64,000 nt of DNA, taken from Marsupella aquatica (Eukaryota > Plantae > Marchantiophyta). Position numbers and translations under genes: made by a program. The stretch spans positions 2,872,430-2,936,429 of the forward strand of contig OZ316893.1 of NCBI GenBank assembly GCA_973895155.1. Direction: 5' to 3'. The notes below the pieces were generated by a model. It was given only the letters and a program-made list of their open reading frames with translations, was not told the origin of the DNA and made no database searches. Below, in pieces: positions 13,216 to 25,623 of this stretch; within the stretch, counting starts at the first letter, position 1; every line of letters begins with the position of its first letter.

Positions 13216-14539
13216 CATTGAATTGGGCCTTTTGGCCTGATTAGTTTTCTTGTTGGTTTTGGGTGCGCTGCTCCTTTTCAGGGTGGTGGCCCTGCCTGCG
13301 GTGGTTTACTCTGGGTGTCTCGGGTCCCGGCCCTTCCCGGCTTTTTGAGAAAGAAAAAAGAAAAAAGAAAAATACCAGAAGAAGAAGATGTAGTTGAATG
13401 AGGAAAATATCATGGATTGGTGCAAAAGATAGTTACTCTTGAGCGGGGTCTTGAGTAGAAGATTTAGTTTGCTAAAATGATCTCATTGCAAAAAGGTCAT
13501 CGAGTAAAAGATGTCATGGCACAAAAGAGAGGCGACAGCTACCACCAAATTACAACAAAGTGGGAATGGTTTGATTATTTGTTTTGTCATTTTTCTTTTA
13601 AACCTTAACACCAGCCCCCCTTCGCCCCCCCCCCCCCGCCCCCCCGCCCCCGCTTTACTTTGGTCTCTTTCAGGGTCTCTTCTTTCTCTCATGGTATTAT
13701 AGTTTTCTATGGGGCGCAACTGATCAAATACCCATAGATCTACTTCTTGTAAGTGTGAGGATCGAGACATCACTAACAGTTCACACAAATTTTGAAAGTT
13801 AACGGGTTTACAACTTATCTTATCCCTCATTTACAGCCAGGTCACATATTAACTCCTTGACGTAAATTATAGGCAATGAAGACTCCACCCAGTAGCAACA
13901 GTCGCACGCAAGGTCGGACAGTTGGTGTTTTGGGTCTTTTGATTGTTATATAAGCCGCTCACTACTGGTGTGCAGTTCATTGTTCTCACTCCTCATCCGG
14001 ACTCTTCTCTAGTTTTCAGAATCTGGGCATCCAATTCTGGAGTTTCTATCTTTCACCTGCCGGGCAGTTGATTTTCGAATTCAAGTCCGCATTGTCTTGC
14101 TTCCTCGATTTCGTCCTCGATTTATTATAACCATTATAACCATTAGCCCAGGGATAGCATGGTTATTGTAAATACTATTACGGGACTAATATGGCATATC
14201 TCAAAAGGCATAACTAAGGGACATAAGGCTCACCCTAAACATTAAAATGAAAGAGTCCGTCCCACATGGCTTTGCTAGTTTACACTCAGGGTGACCCTAG
14301 CTACTAGTTTTGTGCCCGCCGGAAATTGGCTTTGCATTCACCCAAACCAACCAAATAATAGTGCTTGCCTAAATCCATGAGAAAACAACACTCCTGCCTA
14401 GAACCCATAAGAAAAAGTGACACTACGGCTCTGCAGTGCATTGCATCCAGACTTACCAAAACCCTAAAACCATTTGAAGACATAATACATGATGTCCTCA
14501 AATCCTAAACAGGAAATCAAGTTAGTCCAATAGCACTAA

Positions 14540-14785
14540 ACTGGTTCCATTATATGGAAGGCCATACATCTTGTGTGACGGTTTGGGTCATAACCTGAGT
14601 AAGTCATTTTCACTCAAAGTTGTATGACACCAATCACATGATAAGATGAATTTAGATATAGATAAATGTATACATTTTATAATTAAACAACCACATATTT
14701 GCATGAATAACTTAATAATTAAAGAAAAGATTATATTATACTTTGTCGCAAGTGATATGTCACTTCCATGGAAGTGACCCCCGCT
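14540..14785 (-). mobile_element. Degraded copy of the CTCGGGGGTCAC-TIR MITE family
   Basis: The reverse complement aligns with 48560-48804 at both ends (GGGGGTCACTTCCATGGAAGTG.CATATCA; TTTGGGTCA...AAAGTTGTA..CACCAATCA). No TSD is recognisable. Confidence 0.7.
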
Positions 14786-15164
14786 ACCCCTCTCTCCCTC
14801 CCCTCTTGGAGCCGTGGGTGGGAATACAGCTTATGATGATTGACCCTGCTACAATTAGGGGGGGGATCATAATAATTAAATTAGTTTGGGGGTTGTTTTT
14901 GTAAATAGTATGATCATGACTGGGAATTAGTCAGGTAATACCGTCCAGTTTGGGGGTTAACATTTGTAATAGGGCGTCTCGATAGTCCAGTAAAATGATG
15001 TAAAGGAAGAAAAGGGCGAATAGAACAGGGCACTCCTCCGTCTCCCCTCCTCCCTCCCCCCGCCCTTTCTTGGTGGTCCCCCTTCTCCCCCTCTCTCTTC
15101 GTTGCACTCCCCTCCCTTCTCCCTATTCACTCACTCCCAACTCTCGTCCCTTTCCCTCTCGTTG

Positions 15165-15222
15165 CTCTCTCCCTCTCTCTCTCTGCCCCTCTCTCCCTCT
15201 CTCTCTCTGCCCCTCTCTCCCT
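15165..15222 (+). repeat. CT-rich 24-bp tandem repeat upstream of NTF2
   Basis: CTCTCTCCCTCTCTCTCTCTGCCC x2 plus a partial copy. Confidence 0.85.
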
Positions 15223-15444
15223 CGCTCGTCGCGCACGAATCTCCCTCTCGTTGGCTTCCGGGGAAGTGGATTGCTCGAGAAGACGAAGAAGGGCGCACCA
15301 GGAATTCTGTGAATCCAGCAGTTTCAGTCGAGTCGGATAGCAGGTGGGAAAGATTTGGAGAGTTCAGGAGCAGCAACAAGTCTTGTGGGTCCTCCTATCG
15401 ATAGCACGAACTCACGAGAGCGCGAACGATCGGCCAACCGATCC

Positions 15445-16070
15445 ATGGATCCAGACGGGCTCGCGAGGGCATTCGTGGAACACTACTACACGACGTTCGA
15501 CACGGCGCGGGTGAATCTGATCGGGCTCTACCAGGACCAGTCCATGCTCACCTTCGAGGGCGAGAAGATCCAGGGCGCGCAGGCCATCGTTGGCAAGCTC
15601 AACAGCCTGCCCTTCCAGCAATGCAAACACAACATCTCCACCGTGGATTCGCAGCCCTCCGGCCCTGCGGGTGGCATGCTCGTCTTCGTCAGCGGCAACT
15701 TGCAATTACCCGGTGAAGAGCACCAACTTAAATTCAGCCAGGTGCTGTTTTGTTGCTTCCTTTACTTTCCGTTTCTTTCCTCCGAAAGATCTGTCTGTCT
15801 GTTGGGAGTGCAATTCTTTTTCACAGTCGTAGGTTGGTCTTTGCTGATTTTAGGTATTTTCTCGTCTGCAGGGCTAGTCAGGGCAAAGAGAGTAGCAGTC
15901 ACTCGTCCCCATACCCGGTCCGATCTCAGTTCTCTGATGTTCTTGCGATCATCTTATCGGTGGCAAATGATATTGTGGCCCTTTCTTTCTTGCAGATGTT
16001 TCACTTGATACCCTCTGCGACAGGCAGCTTCTATGTCTTCAATGACATCTTCCGGCTGAACTACGCTTGA
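15445..16070 (+). CDS. NTF2: Nuclear transport factor 2, 123 aa, exons 15445-15741 and 15996-16070
   Basis: MDPDGLARAFVEHYYTTFD...SMLTFEG...FVSGNLQL..EEHQLKFSQ|MFHLIP...FYVFNDIFRLNYA. Phase-0 GT-AG intron. Confidence 0.95.
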
Positions 16071-18326
16071 GAAACTTTGTTTCGGTACGGTGCTATTTTT
16101 GTGCCTTCTACCTTCTAAGTACCTTCTTGCATGCGCGTCGTCTCGCAGTTTGGTATCCTCGTGAAGCAGTTTTATTTCGGCGTCTTGTCCATGCGAGAGC
16201 CAAAAATTTGTCCCTTCTTTTTTTGGATTTACGAGTTGCGCTTAGTTTACCCTAGGAAAAATACAGACTAGTTCAGGGGTTCCTCTCGAGCTCCTTCTCC
16301 CGCAGTTTAGCATGGGTACATCTGAGTTTTAGGTTTTCCCCTGCATCTAACGTAGCATCCTCAATATCGGTACCAAGCGGAAGAGTAACGCCAAACATGT
16401 TTGAGATTTTATACATAAGCAGTGGGAACTCACTCGGGTTCCAAATCAGTGACACTGGTACCTTGTATTGTTTTTCTATCTGTAGTTTTCATTTTCCTCC
16501 GGTCATGACTCGCTCTTCATGTTGTCGCAGATTTTCATCATGTATTTTGCCGAATACATAGTTTTCTGCCCGTGGTTTTAAGTTAGGTTTCGAAAGATGA
16601 CAGAGGCTGTGTGATCGACACTTTCGTCTTCCCCGCATACGCTGAATCTACTCCAGCATCTCCTAGGATGCCCGTACGGAGTTTCGGCAGGAATGCCAAA
16701 CTCTGCTGTTTTATGCTTTTGACTAGCCCTTTTCTTCCTGCATGGAGAAATTGTTTTTGGCCACGATTGCATATTATGTAGCTGCTTGTTACTTGTAGTC
16801 ACATGCAGTACGTGGCTAAAGAAGAGGTTGTTGCAATATGATCATTCACTACAGGTTATGAATATTTTGTTCACTGGAATCTGAATTTTTCAGAGAAAAT
16901 CGAAATCCTTGTTTGTGAATCAGAACTTCCTCTCTACGGCGCTCGATTCATGACTTTTGAGTCTCTGGGAAATTGAACTCGATGGACTGGAACCTGTTAG
17001 CAAAGACTTGTGCTGTCTGTCTGGGTATTCATCAGGAACCGTCAAGCAAGCACTGCCTTCTGTCATCAGAGAAAAGGCAAATCTCATGTAATGGACTGCG
17101 GGATCCCTTGCCGAAGTTGGTCGTGGCCTGGCCCTCTGCTTCCATTTGGATTTAATGTTACTTTTTGGCCATTACTGCCGACATGTGCCGACTGATGTGT
17201 CACTGAGAACGACAAACTTTATTTGCATCCTGCTCCGGGACAGGGGTTACTTGTTGAGAACGCAGAGGTTATGTGGGAACTAAGATCGAGAGAGTATGAG
17301 GGCATGAATTTGACTTATTTCTACAGGTGGGCAGTTTGGCAGATACACAAATAGGCAGGGTATTTGTTTGCTAGCATGATTCCTTGTTTGAAAAGTCACA
17401 AACAGACAACATGATGGTTCGTTCGCAGCTTTCTCACGTTTTAATTGCAGCCTGCTCTGGTGGAATAGATTTTTGTTGTTCTATGTTGAACCTGGTTTAT
17501 GGTAGTTGTTTCAGGACATTTGTATATTACACTACACTGTAAGGTTTGCTTTCAATTGCTAAAATTATCGACGACTCGTTTTCAGAAAAGTTCTAGTATG
17601 TCACCGAGAGAAGTAGTTCCTAGATCATATGAATTAGAGACACTTCAACGAGGAGCCAGTTTGAGGGGAAAGCTCCACGGTGACCTGCACTAACTTTCAT
17701 ATCCATTGGAGGAAGGAAACAAAGCTGTCACTCACCAAAGACGAAATACAAACATTTGTACTAGTAGAATCCGATTGGAGTAGGAAAGCCCTAAGGACAT
17801 TTGCCCTCGGCGAGCCCAGCTCCTGTTGCCGTTGACTGTTGGAGCATGCCAAGCTCTGACGAAAGTCTCATCTCGGTTTCCTGCGGAAGCGTCTGGATAT
17901 AAAGTCTCCTTTTGGTCTCCAGACAATCATCCGAAGCTCTGAAGGACCCCATCCGTCTGAACTGTAGGAGAGCGTGTCCTACTCTTGAAGGAAATGTCTG
18001 CCATTGTCCTCTTCAGCTCCTGTGTGGATAAAAAGTGTTATGAACACGACCGACCACTTTCCATATGCGTGCTATCTTTCGCAGTTTTGTTTGAACGATT
18101 TCTTTCCTGGGATTTGTAGAAGCGCTACATTTTGTATGCGATTTTCTGCGCATCTACTATACAGGGTTTTGAAGACTGAACGCCTGTCGGACCTCCAGGG
18201 GGTGGCTTCACGTCTCCTTTTAAGCTTACATTTGCTCTTGCCTGCGACTGCAACGAATGTGCCAAACATTCAAAATTTAGTCAATACTTCTGATCTTCTC
18301 TTCGAAGCCGCCGAGTATTGCAGAAC

Positions 18327-18434
18327 AAAATATTTCTTCCAGTTCTTCTACTTTATCAACTTGACGGAAACGTATTGCAGAAACTAAATAATTCTTCCAG
18401 TAATTCTACTTTATCAACTTGACGGAGACAGTAT
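18327..18434 (+). repeat. ~58-bp tandem duplication (TTCTTCCAGT..TTCTACTTTATCAACTTGACGGA)
   Basis: Two adjacent near-identical copies. Confidence 0.8.
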
Positions 18435-21400
18435 AGTGGTAAAAACATTTGTCCCAAAGAACATAGCTGACAGCTCGAGAAGTTTACAAGAATAGGCTTA
18501 CACCAAAAGAGAAGCTTCAAACTTGTAGCAACCACTGATGGGCGTTCACATCTCTGTTATCTCAACCTTTCATCGAGCCACAGTACTCGATAGATATAAT
18601 CACAAGTAGCTCATGTCTTGGTTCACCACCAATTTTGCAGTAAAGTCATTACTCTTGCACTGAACATCTAGCCGGGGCCTACAGTAGGCCTGCATGTGGG
18701 CGGTACGAAAGACACCAACACCTTGAATCAGCAGTACTATCCAGCCTCCAAACTTCCAACTCCCACCGCCCAACCTAAGCTACAGTAGGGTAACGGTGTG
18801 CAGGCATCTTGAATCACCTGGCAAACCGACACTTTGAATGATTCCTCCAGACCCGGTGGGCGGGCCTACAGACGTTAGGCTCGCCTTCTACATCTATCCA
18901 CTAATGTAAGAACGGTTTTTTGTTGAACGAATCTTTCACTAATTATTACGAACTCTTACGTAAGCTTCCGAAGGCTCCCCGATGTTGCCAGCTCCTGTAC
19001 TCTATTTCCTTTATCAAAATAATGTGTTTCCATGTCCGCTCTCAGCACGACCGGATCTGTCCGTGTGCCTGGACTTTCTGAAAGCGGGTCGAGATCGAGG
19101 CACTGGGCACTGAAACAATGTACTGTCACTTGAGGTTAGTACAAGACATTGAGACACTAGCAATTGGTCAATGTATTTTAGCCCAATACTCGCGAAGTTA
19201 GTGATGGATTCCAATGAAAATCAGTCAGATTCAGTAGACGATACTATCACAATTTTTTTTGCCCGTTCTATTCTTTGTTGGTAAACACTACTTTTTATAG
19301 ATAAATGCAACTGTTCAGTTTTTGAATCCTTGGATAGTTATGCGACTGACTGCCCGTTCATATCATGAAGGATTGACTTCCACTCCTTGCTAGGAGGAAA
19401 AAAATTGCATCAAAGTTATTGCAAAGATTTCTTGCTTTTTGCTCAGTTGCATCACGCAAATCCTGGCCACCACAAGGTAAAACTTCAGCTACGCCAATGC
19501 CCAGTTTACTGTAGCGTAGCTGACCAAAAACTCTAGAGCCATGCTTAGAACTTTGAAACATTACGCACTAAGTGGAACCAGACAAATGGAAAGTTCTTTG
19601 TCCTGACCAGACCTCTAGAGCTGGCACAAGACCTAAAGTTTTTGTCCTCGTCAGTGACCTAAGTATCCATTTGAGATTCAATTCGGTAGATTCAGCTCGT
19701 TACTTGGTCTCTATTTAAGAGATGCGTTCCATAGTCTCTATAAGAAACGTGGCGAGAAGCAGAGCGTGAGAATGTAAGTGTACGCCTGGGCCAGTCAAAT
19801 TCCGGGAATGAGCAGGTTATGACGACGTCAACATTTTGGACGCTGGGAGTAGTAAGGTTGACTTCTCTCATCCAGATCTACACATTATTTGGTCAATTCC
19901 TATAAAACTTCCAGGCTCTGGAGCAGGATAGGAGACCTGGCAAGCTGTCTAGGATGGAGACATTTGGCATACCCTTTGCTAGCTGCCCCATCTGAGAAGA
20001 AAAATCCCCCTAACTTCGTGAATAAGAGAATCTTGGTTTTAATACGTGTGAGTCGTTTTTAATTCGAACAACTCTACCGCTGAGTAGAATCCGCGACATG
20101 AAAGTAAACTTCCTCACATTGCCGGTAGCTGCCAAAATGGCAAATCACTGAAGGGTCAGATTTGTCTCCACGGAAACAGATTATTTTCTGGCGCTGAGGA
20201 GCACTTAGCTAAGCAGATGTTTATTGCGGGAATATATCTCACAGTTGTTTGAAGTTGGAATCGAACAACCTTAAACCCTAAACTTTATGGTTTTTACTAT
20301 GTGAAGCAGAAACTAGGACATCATTCTATTTCATCATTATGCGCTAAATTGCGAAGTCCCGTGTGTTCGGAGATCCGTTTCAACCGGACAGAACGGAGCA
20401 TGTATGGACATTGAGTTCGAGGGCCGTTTGGCCTGTTGTGGTTAGAAAACCATGGAATAGGCGAGAAGTAGACACTAACAGCATGGTTACTATATTGTGG
20501 TGACAAGTGGAAATCATCTATTCGTAGTCGTAACAGGTGGAAGGAACACCAAGCTGCCATTTCTGAGGAATATGGGAGTAGTTGTAGCATCAAGCGTTGA
20601 GGCATATATTGGTGTGACAGAGCAAGTTCAATTAACGTGGAGTCTATAAACTACAAAATTTAGACTGGCATTCGAGGGCGTCCCTCAGTCTCCTCTTGAG
20701 TCATCTTCTATCAGCTGACGAGTAGTCTTAGAACCGAACGGTCTGTGTCATAGTATTATTGGATGTCTGCATTTCTGCCAGCGATGGTATTTTAGGAAAT
20801 GGTAAGATCGAAAGTGGAAATAGTACTGTTATGAGGAGCGGTGCAAGACGTGTGGCAATTTTTGATCAAAATAACAGTAAAAATTGCAAGAAGAATTTCG
20901 TTCAACAAATGAATTGAGAGTTACATTAAGTAGCGAATATTATGGAGAATGGTTGATTCAAGTCTTTGTAGGATTATTAATTCGTTCCTCTCGGAACGCT
21001 CACTTCGGAGGCTTGACATCAAATCGGCATTAAATTTAGTTTGATAAAGAGTGATGTCTTCCAAATTGCCCATCTGCAGCTAAATAGAGCAGTCGTGCGT
21101 GGATGTGTATAATGGAGAGTCCAGAAGATCATCCAGATTGGTTGACATAGAAGTTTGTATGTACTCAAATTTATTGTTTAGGCATGTGGTCGGAAAGAAG
21201 GGCTCTTAGATGCTAGCGCTCTCTTTGTCTCTCCTCATTGAGGCCAGAGATCCGCCTTGACGGATAGACTTTCTTCTATCAATATCTGCATCTGACCACA
21301 AATGATTGGCGGGTACTTTTTCGTTCTAAAAAGTAAGTTGCACGGTGAATTGGCGTTTATGCCCTTAATTCTAACTGCAGTATGGCGTTCAAAATCTGAC

Positions 21401-22934
21401 ATTGAACAAGTCAGTCAATCTGAAGTTTCCAAAAGGCTACATGGGAAAAGCTTTGGACTACTCATCAACGAAGAAACATAGGGCATAGAACTTTCTTCTA
21501 GACAACTGTAGTTACTGATCCTTACCCTAAACTCGTTCTTCCTTGCTCTATACAACAGGGCCAATCAGCACTCCCTTTCAATTGGCAAACTGACACTAGA
21601 CGTCAACAAAAACGAGAGAGTAGAGCCCAGGAGAGAGTGCGCAACAATGAGAGAGTTGTGCACTGAAGATGGAATTATGCTGCTGGAAATTTTTAATAAA
21701 GTATACTGGAGAAATGTTATCCCGTCAAAGATATCAAGAGCTCATCTCTAAGGCCAGATAGACGGGAACAACTACCACCTATCCATCATGTGATTCTAAG
21801 AGCTGTATTACAATAAACCATCGACACACGAACAGGTTGAAGAGGTCCTCAACCCTTTGGCATTTCGAGGACAATTGTTAGAGTCCCCTGAAGGGATCAA
21901 AAGTATGCCTGTCCGTTAGCATTTTCTTGACGAGTGCTAGACTTTTAATTATAACCATTCAATCACTAGTCATAAGATTAATCCCTCGCACCTCCATCGT
22001 CCTACATTACAGAAGAAGCACCTACTGCCTTGAGATATGAGGCCGAAGAGCTATATATTTGAACAGAAGCAACCGAAATAAAGGGGTATCTCTTTTCTTT
22101 GAAATGTTGTTGGTATCGATTGCTCTTTAAGAATCGCGAAAGCTTGCTGGATTTGTGTATCTTGGGGCCTTATTTTGTGAGAAAAGTCTAATCAGTCGAG
22201 GGGGTTTTCAGAAGTAAGTACGTGGACAATCCCTCGATCGCTGGTACACCAGTTGATAGGTTTCTCATCGTCATGCTTTGATCGTTGAATACGTTTGCGA
22301 CTCTAGTATTGTATTATTTTGGTGCTTGCTGTGATCTTTCAGTACGTTTGCGACTGTAGTATTTGGTTGCTTTCCTGTGAGACAACTATTCACTTGAATA
22401 AGCATTCCCCACTGTTCCTCTGTAAACTCGGAGTTAAATGGACGGTCCAGAAGGTGAGTCATGGTTATGCTTTACGCTCTGCAACAGAGAGCTGCGCTGG
22501 ACTCGTGCCACTTCTCCGAAATTCATGGGAGACTATGTGCTGTAGTTGGCGTCCGAGTACGAAACTCTCTCCGTCTTGGGCAAACAGTGAATTCGCCGAC
22601 TTCCATGACTTTAGGTTTCGTATGAAGGTCGCCAAGGGCAGAATTGCTCTGTTTTGGTAATGCTCAGCGCGCAAAAGCTCTGGAATACTAATAGTAGTGA
22701 GGTAGTCATTTAGCTTTCAGCTCACATTTGAAATTCTGTTGATAGACTTACCTGATCGAGCTCTCAGGTCCACTGAATCTTCATCTGGATTTCTCTCAAT
22801 ACTCGCAAGACTCAAGTACTCGGAAATTTGTTTCTCTTTGGTTTGTGTTCTGGGGAGACATACCTTCATACCCTGGATCGGAAACTCACCCCACCTTGGC
22901 CATTTTGTTCCCACCTGGATCACGCTTATCAACC

Positions 22935-23385
22935 ATGGGTCGTCCAAAGTTTTATGTGCGCTCTGCTGTTGTGACCACAATCGTCGTCATATTGGTACTT
23001 CTGTCCATGTCTTCATTTGAGCTCGCCAATGCCTCACGGGAGTTGCAAGGTGACTGCACGATTCTCTTACACACACTTATTGACGATCGAGCGTGCATGT
23101 GACATCTGAAGTTTTGTTTTGAACGTCTGGCTGTCAATTGGGTACTAGCTACCTGAAGGTTTCTTGTAACACATGGTTTTTATGTTTCCAATTGAGATGC
23201 CACTAACTGAATTATGGGTGTTGCTTGATGCAACAGGAGCGCAGGCCCCAGCTCGGCTCCATAAACGGCCTTGTCCGATAGCCGCGTACAAGTGTGGCTG
23301 TAGTAATCCATCGTGCTGTGCGGATGCAGATCCTTGTTACACGCCCTTGGATGTAGGCCACAAGACTGCATTATCGATTAATTAA
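22935..23385 (+). CDS. Secreted cysteine-rich peptide A, exons 22935-23049 and 23237-23385; apparent 1-nt deletion near 23347 relative to paralog B
   Basis: MGRPKFYVRSAVVTTIVVILVLLSMSSFELANA (signal peptide), then SRELQ|GAQAPARLHKRPCPIAAYKCGCSNPSCCADADPCYTP. Phase-1 GT-AG intron at the same position as in the 39235 paralog. Confidence 0.8.
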
Positions 23386-24008
23386 TTCACCATGGCTTGC
23401 TCCAATTTCAGAACCCTGAGCAATTACAAGACCACCGCATTTTGAGGGCTAGCGCTCGAAGATATCTATACAATTGCAGGCAGCCAGTTCTCCGATTCGA
23501 CATCTTGAACAATAATAGAACCAGGCGTCCTCTGAGAGCAGGAATACATATAGACAGGTGAACAGGTAACTGTTCTCTGCTTTGGGCAAAATGTAGACAG
23601 TAGTTACGTCTAGGAGAAAATGTGGTATCGAAAAGTTTGCCAGTTGAACGGAAGTTCTGACGGAGCTGATCGACCCTGTTGTATTCTTAGAGCAAGGAGA
23701 AAAGAGTTTCAGGACAATACCATGTGAGCTACCATGTACTACGTTTAATTTAATTAAATGCGGCCTTCGCTGTTCACTCGTAAAAAAAGGTAGCACAATC
23801 TGTCACGGAAAGTAACAATGTTTATATTTCTCGCTGCGTAGTCTTCTGCGTTTCAGCACCCATCTTGCATTGTTGTTTCGCAGTAATGTAAAATTGGCAG
23901 GCGCCCAGGGTCGTACGTACCATGGCCCTTCCCCCACTATGGGTGGATTTGACCTTCAACCAAGGACTGTTCGACAGTGTGGTTGATTGAAAATTCTGCT
24001 GTAAAAAA

Positions 24009-24110
24009 GTGAATTGCACTTCCTCGAATCCTAAAAATGACTTTTCCAACTTTCTTCCAGTGAATTGCACTTCCTCGGATCTTAAAAATGGCTTTTCCAA
24101 CCTTCTTCCA
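24009..24110. repeat. 51-bp tandem duplication
   Basis: GTGAATTGCACTTCCTCG.ATC.TAAAAATG.CTTTTCCAAC.TTCTTCCA x2; it translates on minus as WKKVGK.IF.IRGSAIH x2. Confidence 0.9.
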
Positions 24111-25238
24111 GACTTGACCAGATTTTTTGGTCGAAGAAGGGTCGTCCTTAACATGCTTGTTATTATGTAACCATCGAATAGTCTTAGCAAGTGAGGTCTG
24201 ATAGTCTGAATTGCTCAGACAGACACCATCGTCTCCTTCTTCTTCAATGAAATCTACAGACTGGTTTGATGGTCTGCCTGCCATAGGTGCGCCTAAACTT
24301 TGCGCACCTAAACTTTGCGACCATAACTTATTGCCTTTCGCAGCCCAACTCATGGAGTCTAGCTCCGAAACCAACTCGATTGATGGTAGGTGATCGACGT
24401 ATATGCGAAGAAGCATGATTGGGCACCTCTGCTTTCTACAGTTCATAGCTCTATAACATGAACTGCAGATTGCAAACTGCGTGGACTAGAGTCAGTGTAA
24501 TCAACCCATCCAGTACAAACTCAACATAGCAAGTGCGTAAACCTACAAAGAGGCCTTAAACCACCACTGCCATATAAAAAGGGGAGTGTCCAAAAGTTCT
24601 GACTCACATTTTCACATTACTCTCCTCCACCGTGAGACTTTGCTCCACGATTGTGAGAAAAAGTACTAAAATGGTGTAATCTGTGTAACCACATTTTTGT
24701 CTTGGCTACATTTTTGTCTTGGTAGTGGTTGTTTAAGGTTGTTTAAACAACGGAAATGTTTTTCCATTTTGCCTTCGTTGTACTCCACTAGGTCACTCAC
24801 TCCTGCTCCATGACTTACATAACAACCAAAGAGTTTTCCAACTTTTCCATCCATGTCCACTTCTAGGTTGCTTCTCTTGTTCGACTACCTATATGTATCA
24901 GGCATTCAATGAACAAAAAGGGCCTAACTGGACACACGATTCCAACTTAGAAAGTGGAACAAACTTATTGGGGAGTCAGGATCCCCAAACGAGAGGGATC
25001 CAAAATCATAAACATTTATATTGAGTAATTCAATGATTAAGGGGAGAGAATCACAGAAATTCTTTGGAAGACCAAAAAGCCAAAACTCCCATTTGAGAGT
25101 TTCCAAAAACCTCAAAAATACAAATAAAAGCTCTATTGAGCAACAAACTAAAAAATCTGGTAAAAGCTACAAAATCAATACTTATAGGAGCATAAATAAT
25201 AATATGGAGACTCACTGTAAGTGTCCATCCCAAATTTG

Positions 25239-25623
25239 TGTTGGGTATTTACTCTTACGTCTAGGTTAGGTATGACGTGGTTGGTACAACAATGTGGGTT
25301 GGTACAACTATGTGGTTAGGTATAACTACGTGATTAGGTACAACTATGTGATTAGGTACAACTAAGTTGTACACTATATCATAAGAGGCATGTGTGCTTG
25401 GAGAGGTAGAACCAAGGCTCATTGTTATGGAGCCACTTGAGAGATAAGGAGAGCTTACACTGTGGAGACTCGGTATAGCCGACGGGCTTAGAGTTCAGTA
25501 AAGCTCTCTTGTGTGTTCCCGTGGACGTAGCCTCAAGGAGGTGAACCACGTATCTCTTGTGTCGACTATTGTGCGTTGGATGGTTCATGGGCTTGCCGTT
25601 GCGATCGTCGTCTATGCTCAACA
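25239..25623 (+). repeat. 5' LTR (385 bp) with 18-bp tandem array GGTACAACTATGTGGTTA, 4 full units
   Basis: Matches the 3' LTR except for ~4 transitions outside the array and two fewer repeat units. Confidence 0.95.

Larger units (their letters stand above)
11754..14118. repeat. Composite inverted repeat: 11754-12177 pairs with 13697-14118 (near identical) and 12796-12938 pairs with 13540-13692
   Basis: Direct reverse-complement reading. The same 46-aa translation MRDKISCKPVNF...IENYNT appears on + at 12044 and on - at 13830. Confidence 0.95.

Noticed and set aside
13115-13240. Box C/D snoRNA (TGATGA...CTGA)
   Set aside because: No terminal stem, no recognisable rRNA guide, and the interior is a tandem duplication.
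12044-13830. Twin ORFs MRDKISCKPVNF on opposite strands as duplicated genes
   Set aside because: A by-product of the inverted repeat; the ORFs diverge at the arm boundary and show no protein features.
15355-16008. 217-aa extended NTF2 from the ORF track
   Set aside because: It reads through the 5' UTR and intron; the spliced 123-aa model matches canonical NTF2.
21480-21950. Possible L1-like retroelement relic
   Set aside because: Only a vague purine-rich coding look; no diagnostic motif could be read.
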